NCBI RefSeq assembly: GCF_000010625.1
Contig: NC_010296.1
Coordinates: 210,001-242,000 of the forward strand
DNA from: Microcystis aeruginosa NIES-843
Lineage (GTDB): Bacteria > Cyanobacteriota > Cyanobacteriia > Cyanobacteriales > Microcystaceae
DNA length: 32,000 bases
Direction: 5' to 3'
Part shown: piece after piece, positions 16,863 through 24,892 of the stretch
Position numbering within the stretch: the stretch's first letter is position 1
Layout of the letters: each line of letters starts with the position of its first letter
Made by a program: the position numbers and the translations under genes
The notes under the pieces: generated by a model
What the model saw: the letters and a program-made list of their open reading frames with translations, nothing else
Told to the model about the DNA's origin: nothing
Database searches by the model: none

Positions 16863-19241
16863 ATGGACGATAAAACCACAAAGCCAGAAGCATCCGAATC
16901 TGAAGAGAAAAAAGAATCAGATTTTGAACAGGAAAGTAAACAGGCTGAAGTTTGGACGGGAAAAATCACTGCTTTTGTTGCCCATCAACTCCGAACCTCC
17001 GCTCCTTCCCTTCCAATTGTCGGGGGTAGCATTACAGGCATCTTAACTTGGCTTAGTCAACATGACACGGTTAAGGCGATTATTGTCGGGGGAGTCACCT
17101 TTATCGTCACGGGCTTTTTTACCTAAGGATCAGCCTGGAGTCAAGGGTTTTTAGAAACAGCAAGAACCAAAGGTAAAAATCATGGTAAAGGTACAGCCTT
17201 AAGCTTTTTTGTTTGGCTAGACAAAGGACTGGAAAAAATACGTTGGCAATTAGCCAATCCTGACGGGAAATATTTAATTAAATTACGGGATTCAGATTGT
17301 CGTTATGATGATATTGAAGGGATTGAAGATGCAATCTTTGGTTTTTCTACTCCGGAACTAGAAGAAATTTTTATTAATTTGGATCTGAGTCAATTAGAAC
17401 TGCGCTCAGAAGAAGAGTCTAAAGGTACGGGGGATGATATTTGGGATTTATTGCGACGGGCTAAAAAGAGGACAAATTTACGGTTGTTAATTCTGGCTCC
17501 TGGTGGACGAGGAAAAACAACTTTATTGCGTCATTTAGCCTATAACTACGCTCTAAAACAACCGAAACAAAATGCACCTTTTTTAATTCCTGTCTTTTTA
17601 CGTTTACGGAGATGGCAGGAAGTGATTACCACCACAGAAGGATTAGATTTACCGACTTTAATTGAGCGACATCTTAAACAAGATATTTCTCAAGAATTAG
17701 ATTTACCTCAGAACTGGGCTAAAAGTCATTTAACCCGTCAGCGAATGTTAGTGATGTTTGATGGTTTTGATGAAGTTAAACCCGAATATGCCGAAAAAGT
17801 CAGTCAATGGATTGGCAAACAGTGGCATGATTTTCGCCAAAACTATTTTATTTTAACCTCTCGTCCCAAAGGCTATCAAGCGTTTCGCTCTGAGCATAAA
17901 CCTCGGCAAAAGGTGTTTATTAATGAATTTACCGATAAAAATATTCGGGATTTTGTGTATAAATGGTATTTCTGGCAAGAGCAGGAAACCAGAGTTAGCA
18001 GAAGTTTAAAAGCTAAACAAGAAGCTGCCGACAATAAAGCAAAGGATTTAATTAATCAGTTATTTGCTCTCGATGATTCCGAGGAAAGTTCTACTCTATT
18101 AGCCTTGGCGAGAAATCCCTTAAATCTGAATATGATAGTACAGTTACATCGGGCAAACTTTGGCTCGGGACAAAAATTACCTCAGCAACGAGTGGATTTA
18201 TTTCGCCGAATTTTTGATCTGCAATTGATCACTCGCCCTCAAGCTAGGGGCATTGATATGATTTTAGATAATAATGAGGAAAATCATCGTCAACGGGTAT
18301 TACAACAATTAGCCCTGAAAATGGGAAATACAACCACGATTGAATATTCGGAATTACTGAGTTCTATACAAAATTTTATTCAGGAATTGGGTTATCCTGA
18401 AAGCACTTCGGCTAAGGATTTTGTAGAGCGGTTAATTCATGTGAGCGAGTTAATTTTGAAAAGGGATGAATACTATGAGTTTGCCCATAATTTTTTTCAA
18501 TCCTATTTAATTGCTTTGGAAGTTAAACGGTTAAAGCAGGAAAATTTACTCTGGGAAAATTGGGAGCAAAATCTCTGGTACGAGGCTTGTATTATGTATG
18601 CCACTTTATTGATTAATCCGACTGATTTTATTGTGTATTTCTATAATAAAGAAGATAATCCTAAAGCTCAGGGATTAGCGGAGCGATGTTATCGAGAATT
18701 ACCTGTTAAAAAACGTCGAGGTTTGGAATTTTTAGAACAAAAACGACAGACTTCTCTCTTTACCCAACTAGAAACCTATCTGAAAAATGGCCAATGGCGC
18801 GAAGCCGATGAGGAAACGGCGCGGTTAATGTTGTTAATTGCTAAAAGGGAAGATGAAGGCTGGCTAGATGAAGAAAGCATTAACAACTTTCCCTGTGAAG
18901 AGTTACGCACGATTGATAAGCTCTGGGTAGATAATAGCGGCGGCAAATTTGGCTTTTCTGTGCAGAAAAAAGTCTGGCTGGATTGCGGTGGTGTCCCAGG
19001 GAAGTACGATTATGAGGTGTATGAAAAATTTGCCGACGAGGTGGGTTGGCGCAGGGGCGGAGACTGGTTGAGCTATGATCAGCTAACTTTTTTATTAGAT
19101 GGTAGTAAACACGCACACCTACCTCACCTGATATATGGTTGGGATATAAAAGAGTGGGTAGATCGAGGGGTAGAAGTTAGAATCTCTTTTCTCGCGCAGC
19201 GACTTGTAACCTGTAATATATCACAGACTTATACATCTTAA
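16863..19241 (+). pseudogene. NACHT (STAND) NTPase with a C-terminal GUN4-like domain, interrupted by one in-frame TAA at 17124-17126
   Basis: The 16863-17126 and 17379-19241 ORFs share a frame. The 84 codons between them are open and contain no ATG/GTG/TTG. Walker A APGGRGKTTLL, Walker B LVMFDGFDEV. C-terminus WREADEETARLML...FPCEELRTIDKLWVDNSGGKFGFSVQKKVW...VGWR matches the GUN4 porphyrin-binding domain. Confidence 0.7.
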
Positions 19242-19400
19242 ACCAGTAAAAAGCCCCCCTTATCAAGGGGGGTTGGGGGGATCAAACCTATGCAATTAAC
19301 CAATTATTTTAAACCAGTAAAAAGCCCCCCTTATCAAGGGGGGTTGGGGGGATCAAATTCAACCAGTAAAAAGCCCCCCTTGATAAGGGGGGCTAAGTAC
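19242..19400. repeat. three copies of AACCAGTAAAAAGCCCCCCTT(A/G)AT(C/A)AAGGGGGG... palindromic units
   Basis: Units start at about 19242, 19312 and 19361. The spacer after the first unit repeats the first ~18 nt of the downstream gene (ATGCAATTAACCAAT). Confidence 0.75.
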
Positions 19401-19429
19401 GGTAACATGACTAACCAGAAAGTAAGCTT

Positions 19430-19864
19430 ATGCAATTAACCAATCATCATCATCTACCCTACAATCCCAAACTCGTAGAACGAGCCAAAGAACTCCGTAA
19501 AAATATGACCAAAGCTGAAAGAAAACTTTGGTATGAATACTTAAAAAATTTTCAATATAGAGTTCATCGTCAAAGACCGATTGATCAATTTATTGTTGAC
19601 TTTTATTGCCCAGAATTAAAATTAGTGATTGAAATTGATGGTGATAGTCATAATAGGGAAGATGCTCAGAACTATGACTTAGAAAGAACCCAAATTTTAT
19701 CAGGTTATGGATTAACAGTAATCCGCTTTACTAATCAAGAAGTTTTGAGTAATTTTGAGGGAGTTTGTGGAGTAATTGGAAGTTTGATCCCCCCAACCCC
19801 CCTTGATAAGGGGGGCTTTGATCCCTCCTTATTAAGGGGCTTTGATCCCCCCAACCCCCCTTGA
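19430..19864 (+). CDS. DUF559 endonuclease-domain protein (Vsr-like restriction-endonuclease fold) with a repeat-encoded C-terminal tail
   Basis: Typical DUF559 pattern: MTKAERKLWYEYLK...HRQRPIDQFIVDFYCPELKLVIEIDGDSH...D..RT..L...GL.VIRFTNQEV. The last ~25 codons (PPTPLDKGGFDPSLLRGFDPPNPP) are read from palindromic repeats. Confidence 0.7.
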   Translation: MQLTNHHHLPYNPKLVERAKELRKNMTKAERKLWYEYLKNFQYRVHRQRPIDQFIVDFYCPELKLVIEIDGDSHNREDAQNYDLERTQILSGYGLTVIRFTNQEVLSNFEGVCGVIGSLIPPTPLDKGGFDPSLLRGFDPPNPP

Positions 19865-19928
19865 TAAGGGGGGCTTTGATCCCTCCTTATTAAGGGGGAT
19901 CTGACAATTTTTAACACCTAACTAATTA
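19783..19928. repeat. two tandem ~53-bp palindromic units plus a TCTGACAATTTTTAAC tail, inverted relative to 19242-19400
   Basis: TTTGATCCCCCCAACCCCCCTTGATAAGGGGGGC is the reverse complement of the unit core at 19242-19400. The tail resembles MITE copies A, B and C. Confidence 0.75.
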
Positions 19929-19952
19929 GAGAGGAAAAGAATACCCAAAAAG

Positions 19953-21374
19953 GGCTCTTCGGGAATTGTTATGCAAATAATTAACTTAAAATAAAATTCG
20001 ATGAGAGCGCCTACGCTCAAAAGTAGCTGAAATCCATACAGGGAAGGACTTAAGGCACAAACAGGTTAATACCAAAAGATAGACAATTGAGTTAAGATTT
20101 GATATAATAGCCAAAAACGAGATTATTTTACTTATGATACTTGACAAATTTTTGAACCTAAAAGGAACCTGTATTCAAGGCTATCTACACCTAGAAAATA
20201 TCGGTATAGTTTGCCGAATCGAATCGAAAAATCAAAAAGCAACCTGTCCTCGTTGTGGGTTAGAGAGCGATAAACTCCACCAAAATCATCGACATTTAGT
20301 CAAAGATTTACCAATCTCAGGTCAACCAGTATACCTACAAGTTAATCGTCGTCAATTTAAGTGCGATAATTGTCAGAGACCCTTTAGCGAAGAGTTAGAT
20401 TTTGTCGCCAAGAAACGAACCTATACGAAAAGACTAGCCGCAAATATACTCGAACAATTAAAAGAAGGAGATATTTTAAATGTTAGTCGAATAAATGACG
20501 TAACGGAAGAAGAGATTCAAAGAATGATAGAGGACATCGCCGAAGAAATTACAGAGCCAGACCTATCGGAATTAAAAAGACTAGGAATTGATGAAATCGC
20601 TCTAGTCAAAGGACAAAAAAATTACTGTGCGGTTTTAGTAAATTTAGATACGGGAAAACTAATAGCTATTCTAGAGAAGCGAACACAAGAAGAGTTGAGA
20701 GAAACGCTTACGGGCTGGGGAAAAGAGGTGTTAGAGCAAATTGAAGAAGTGAGCATAGACCTTTGGTTGCCTTATAAAAATTTGGTGAAAGAATTGATGC
20801 CATCGGCCGAAGTAGTCGCCGATAGATTCCATGTAATGAAACAAATTAATCAAGAGTTAGACGAACAGAGAAGAGCAGAAAAAAGAGCCGTAGAAGCGCA
20901 GAAAAATAAAAAACAGAAAGCAGAAAAAGAAGCCAAGCTAGAAGTTTTAAAGCGAAGTAAATATAGCCTGTTAAAAAATGAAGAAGATTTAACGGAACCC
21001 CAAAAAATTAAACTAGAAGCTATCAAAGAAAAATTCCCAAATTTGAAAAAGATGCAGGAATTAAAGGAAGAATTTAGAAAGATTTATGAAACCTCAGAGA
21101 ATCCGACAGAGGGAATGCTATCCATCTCGGAATGGTTGGCAAAATCCTCCAGTGTTTTTACCAAGAGTTGTCAAACAATCCGAAACTGGTTTGGAGAAAT
21201 AATTAGTTATTTCGAGCGAAGGACAACGAATGGGGTGGTCGAAGGAATCAACAATAAACTTAAACTAATAAAACGGAGAGGCTATGGCTTTAGAAACTTT
21301 CGGAATTTTTGGGTTAGAAGTATGTTATCTTGGCATCTTGTATGTTGATTTAGCATAAAGGGTAACGAAGAGCC
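19953..21374 (+). mobile_element. ISL3-family insertion sequence (1422 bp) with GGCTCTTCG terminal IRs and an 8-bp target duplication CCAAAAAG
   Basis: Left end GGCTCTTCGGGAATTG; reverse complement of the right end GGCTCTTCGTTACCC. Direct repeat at 19945-19952 and 21375-21382. Confidence 0.85.
20134..21348 (+). CDS. ISL3-family transposase
   Basis: N-terminal zinc-finger pattern (CPRCG...CDNCQ), DDE region (GIDEIALVKGQKNY...VSIDLW...VADRFHV) and C-terminal NGVVEGINNKLKLIKRRGYGFRNF. Confidence 0.9.
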   Translation: MILDKFLNLKGTCIQGYLHLENIGIVCRIESKNQKATCPRCGLESDKLHQNHRHLVKDLPISGQPVYLQVNRRQFKCDNCQRPFSEELDFVAKKRTYTKRLAANILEQLKEGDILNVSRINDVTEEEIQRMIEDIAEEITEPDLSELKRLGIDEIALVKGQKNYCAVLVNLDTGKLIAILEKRTQEELRETLTGWGKEVLEQIEEVSIDLWLPYKNLVKELMPSAEVVADRFHVMKQINQELDEQRRAEKRAVEAQKNKKQKAEKEAKLEVLKRSKYSLLKNEEDLTEPQKIKLEAIKEKFPNLKKMQELKEEFRKIYETSENPTEGMLSISEWLAKSSSVFTKSCQTIRNWFGEIISYFERRTTNGVVEGINNKLKLIKRRGYGFRNFRNFWVRSMLSWHLVC

Positions 21375-21429
21375 CCAAAAAGTTCTATATACAACTTTTG
21401 CCACAGAGATCAAGGACAAAATCAAGGAT

Positions 21430-22698
21430 TTACAATCTCGGTTTCTGAACAGTCCACTGGGTTACGGGGGCCATGGCTTTCCAACCTAAAAACTTGCCGA
21501 CCGGTTCGGCTTTTTCAATGCCAATTCGCAGCAGTTCCCCTCCTAATTTACTATGCCATTGCAAGAGGACTAATTCGCTTTCAATTGTAACAGTGTTGGC
21601 AACAAGACGACCCCCGGGGCGCAGGGCTAACCAACAGGTTTCCAATAGGTGGGGTGTGGTGATACCGCCACCGATAAAAATAGCATCCGGTTGCGGTAAA
21701 TCTTCCAGGGCGCTCGGTGCGATTCCGGCGACGATTTGCAGGTGGGGCGTTCCCAGGGCGGCGGCATTATCGGCAATGTATTGTAATCTGGTGGGATGAT
21801 GTTCGATCGCAATAGCCTGGCAACGGCGATCGCTACGCAGCCACTCAATGGCAATGGAACCACAACCTGCCCCCACATCCCAGAGCAATTGTCCGGGTAG
21901 GGGAGCCAATGTACTCAGAGTGATAGCACGAACTTCTCTTTTTGTCAACTGTCCGTCATGATGGTAAGCAGAATCCGGCAGTCCGGGAAGGCGCGGCGCC
22001 AGGGTGGGGGGATGGGAGGAGATGCAGCTAATGGCGATGACATTTAGATCCGCCAGATATGTAAACTGCCAATCGTTGGCGATGCCTTCAATGTGGCGTT
22101 CTAGGGTTCCCCCTAGATGTTCTAAAACCGTGATGCGACTCTCGCCAAAACCTCCCTCCCTGAGAAGCCGAGCAGCGATCGCTGGAGTCTGGGCATCGGC
22201 ACTCAGTACCAGCAGTTTAGCGCCGGGATAAAGCACCCCATTCAACCAAGCCGGAGGCCGACCGCACAAACTCAAAGTTTCCACTTCACTCAGAGGCCAA
22301 CCCAAACGACTACAGGCAAGACTGAAGGCAGAAGGAGAGGGAATAATCGTCATTTCCTCAAGGGGAATCTGACGGGTGAGGGTGACACCAATTCCGTAGC
22401 ACATGGGATCACCACTGGCCAAAACACAGACGGATTGACCACGACGGCGGATAATCTCGTTAACAGAGTCTTGGATGGGAGAAGTCCAGAGCAGTTTTTG
22501 CCGTTGATCCTCTGAGGGTAACATTGCCAGATGACGTTCACCACCGACAATAACTGATGCTAAAGAAAGCAGACTTCGCCCTACCGAACTTAACCCTTCT
22601 AAGCCATCTTCACCAATTCCTATGATCGATAGCCATTTCGACTGACAATTGCGATCCGCCATATTAAAAAAAATCGCTACTATTTCATTATCTGCCAT
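21430..22698 (-). CDS. cobL: precorrin-6Y C5,15-methyltransferase (decarboxylating), fused CbiE/CbiT type
   Basis: N-terminal tetrapyrrole methylase half (WLSIIGIGEDGLEGLS...VLASGDPMCYGIG) and C-terminal SAM-MTase half (LWDVGAGCGSIAIEW). Alternative ATG at 22662. Confidence 0.85.
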   Translation of the reverse strand: MADNEIVAIFFNMADRNCQSKWLSIIGIGEDGLEGLSSVGRSLLSLASVIVGGERHLAMLPSEDQRQKLLWTSPIQDSVNEIIRRRGQSVCVLASGDPMCYGIGVTLTRQIPLEEMTIIPSPSAFSLACSRLGWPLSEVETLSLCGRPPAWLNGVLYPGAKLLVLSADAQTPAIAARLLREGGFGESRITVLEHLGGTLERHIEGIANDWQFTYLADLNVIAISCISSHPPTLAPRLPGLPDSAYHHDGQLTKREVRAITLSTLAPLPGQLLWDVGAGCGSIAIEWLRSDRRCQAIAIEHHPTRLQYIADNAAALGTPHLQIVAGIAPSALEDLPQPDAIFIGGGITTPHLLETCWLALRPGGRLVANTVTIESELVLLQWHSKLGGELLRIGIEKAEPVGKFLGWKAMAPVTQWTVQKPRL

Positions 22699-22761
22699 CA
22701 GGCTCTATCCTTCAAACAAGATATAATCAGGTTATTGTCAAGTTAATTCAGAGGAAAAATT

Positions 22762-23408
22762 ATGACCACCACCGCCGATGACGTTTGGAGATTATTAGCC
22801 GAATTAGTAGAAGCTCAAAAAGAGACAGAAAGATGCTTTCAAGAAACCGAGCGACGCTTTCAAGAAACCGAGCGGATTCTCAAAGAACAATCTTTAGAAA
22901 CCGAGCGACGCTTTCAAGAAACCGAGCGGATTCTCAAAGAACAATCTTTAAAAACTGATCGCCAAATTACCAGAGTCAGTCAAGAAATTGGTAATCTTGG
23001 CGGTAAATGGGGACGTTTTGTCGAAAATATGGTAGCCCCAGCTTGTGAGACTTTATTTTTAAATCGTCAGATTCCCGTACATCAAGTTAGTCAAAGAGTC
23101 AGAAAACGTCTCGACGGTAAAACCTTAGAAATTGATGTGTTAGTAACTAATGAAAATCATGTGCTAGTAGTGGAAGTCAAAAGTAGTTTAAGTGTAGATG
23201 ATGTCAAAGAATTAATCAAGAATCTAACAGAATTTAGACAATTTTTCCAGAATATAACCACAAACAATTATATGGGGCAGTAGCAGGCATTGAAATCGAA
23301 GAAGGAGCAGATAAATATGCCTATCGTCAAGGTTTATTTGTCTTGGCACAAAGGGGTGAAAATGTAGCGATTCTTAACGATACTGAGTTTCAACCAAAAA
23401 CTTGGTAG
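22762..23408 (+). pseudogene. tandem paralogue 1: coiled-coil / PD-(D/E)XK-like protein, frameshifted by a 1-nt deletion in a T tract
   Basis: Nearly identical to copies 2 and 3. T5CC at 23242-23248 versus T6CC in copy 2 truncates the ORF at 23283. The out-of-frame remainder to 23408 still matches copy 2. Confidence 0.75.
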
Positions 23409-23465
23409 GGGCTTTAAAAACAAGATGTAATCAGGTTATTGTCAAGTTAATTCAGAGGAAAAATT

Positions 23466-24080
23466 ATGACCACCACCGCCGATGACGTTTGGAAATTATT
23501 AGCCGAATTAGTAGAAGCTCAAAAAGAGACAGAAAGATGCTTTCAAGAAACCGAGCGACGCTTTCAAGAAACCGAGCGACGCTTTCAAGAAACCGAGCGT
23601 ATTCTCAAAGAACAATCTTTAAAAACCGATCGCCAAATTACCAGAGTCAGTCAAGAAATTGGTAATCTTGGGGGTAAATGGGGTCGTTTTGTCGAAAATA
23701 TGGTAGCCCCAGCTTGTGAGACTTTATTTTTAAATCGTCAGATTCCCGTACATCAAGTTAGTCAAAGAGTCAGAAAACGTCTCGACGGTAAAACCTTAGA
23801 AATTGATGTGTTAGTAACTAATGAAAATCATGTGCTAGTAGTGGAAGTCAAAAGTAGTTTAAGTGTAGATGATGTCAAAGAATTAATCAAGAATCTAACA
23901 GAATTTAGACAATTTTTTCCAGAATATAACCACAAACAATTATATGGGGCAGTAGCAGGCATTGAAATCGAAGAAGGAGCAGATAAATATGCCTATCGTC
24001 AAGGTTTATTTGTCTTGGCACAAAGGGGTGAAAATGTAGCGATTCTTAACGATACTGAGTTTCAACCAAAAACTTGGTAG
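23466..24080 (+). CDS. tandem paralogue 2: N-terminal ETERRFQ heptad coiled coil plus a C-terminal PD-(D/E)XK-like domain (204 aa)
   Basis: Intact ORF with its own AGAGGA SD. LEIDVLV...LVVEVKS gives a D...E-x-K pattern typical of the restriction-endonuclease fold. The function call is inference. Confidence 0.7.
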   Translation: MTTTADDVWKLLAELVEAQKETERCFQETERRFQETERRFQETERILKEQSLKTDRQITRVSQEIGNLGGKWGRFVENMVAPACETLFLNRQIPVHQVSQRVRKRLDGKTLEIDVLVTNENHVLVVEVKSSLSVDDVKELIKNLTEFRQFFPEYNHKQLYGAVAGIEIEEGADKYAYRQGLFVLAQRGENVAILNDTEFQPKTW

Positions 24081-24137
24081 GGGCTTTAAAAACAAGATGT
24101 AATCAGGTTATTGTCAAGTTAATTCAGAGGAAAAATT

Positions 24138-24707
24138 ATGACCACCACCGCCGATGACGTTTGGAAATTATTAGCCGAATTAGTAGAAGCTCAAAAAGAG
24201 ACAGAAAGATGCTTTCAAGAAACCGAGCGCCGCTTTCAAGAAACTGATCGCCAAATTACCAGACTCAGTCAAGAAATTGGTAATCTTGGGGGTAAATGGG
24301 GTCGTTTTGTCGAAAATATGGTAGCCCCAGCTTGTGAGACTTTATTTTTAAATCGTCAGATTCCCGTACATCAAGTTAGTCAAAGAGTCAGAAAACGTCT
24401 CGACGGTAAAACCCTAGAAATTGATGTGTTAGTAACTAATGAGAATCATGTGCTAGTAGTGGAAGTCAAAAGTAGTTTAAGTGTAGATGATGTCAAAGAA
24501 TTAATCAAGAATCTAACAGAATTTAGGCAATTTTTCCCAGAATATAACCACAAACAATTATATGGGGCAGTAGCAGGCATTGAAATCGAAGAAGGAGCAG
24601 ATAAATATGCCTATCGTCAAGGTTTATTTGTCTTGGCACAAAGGGGTGAAAATGTAGCGATTCTTAACGATACTGAGTTTCAACCGAAAACGTGGTATAA
24701 TATTTAA
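24138..24707 (+). CDS. tandem paralogue 3: same family, shortest coiled coil (189 aa)
   Basis: Intact ORF, near-identical to copy 2 except for missing heptad modules and a different last 3 codons. Confidence 0.7.
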   Translation: MTTTADDVWKLLAELVEAQKETERCFQETERRFQETDRQITRLSQEIGNLGGKWGRFVENMVAPACETLFLNRQIPVHQVSQRVRKRLDGKTLEIDVLVTNENHVLVVEVKSSLSVDDVKELIKNLTEFRQFFPEYNHKQLYGAVAGIEIEEGADKYAYRQGLFVLAQRGENVAILNDTEFQPKTWYNI

Positions 24708-24830
24708 GCTTGTCTTTGGGAAAGTCCAGTGCAATTCTGGTACTGTGCCGCAGCTGTAATCAAGTAAAAAGTAAAAAGAGTACATCTTCCCTTTTTCCTT
24801 GCGAGTCAGAATGCCAATTACAAGTTTTTA
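24707..24830 (+). promoter_or_regulatory. probable cobalamin (B12) riboswitch upstream of cobG-cobH-cobI
   Basis: GGGAAAGTCCAGTGCAATTCTGGTACTGTGCCGCAGCTGTAA fits the conserved core (GGGAA..GGTG.AA.TCC...CCGC.ACTGTAA). B12-box-like GAGTCAGAATGCC. Possible P1 pairing CTTGT (24709-24713) with ACAAG (24819-24823). Sits in front of B12 biosynthesis genes. Confidence 0.6.
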
Positions 24831-24892
24831 ATCGGTAGATAGACAAATAATTTTCTAACTACTTCTCTGCGTCGCATGGAGAACACACAAAG

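Noticed and set aside
16846-17046. 66-aa ORF overlapping the N-terminus of the NACHT gene in another frame
   Set aside because: The 16863 frame has an SD (AAGGGGG), a TATAAT upstream, and continuity with the NACHT domain. This frame has none of these.
19242-19400. Possible CRISPR array
   Set aside because: There are only three units with unequal, non-unique spacers (one spacer copies the neighbouring gene start). The units are palindromic MITE-type sequences found elsewhere in the window, and no cas genes are present.
19735-19917. 60-aa minus-strand ORF over the palindromic repeats
   Set aside because: It is the translation of the repeat units (GGL/GGS/KPP), with no independent coding evidence.
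21473-22231. Several plus-strand ORFs (108, 75 aa) and out-of-frame minus-strand ORFs inside cobL
   Set aside because: They are typical spurious open frames in a relatively GC-rich gene. The cobL frame has clear methyltransferase motifs.
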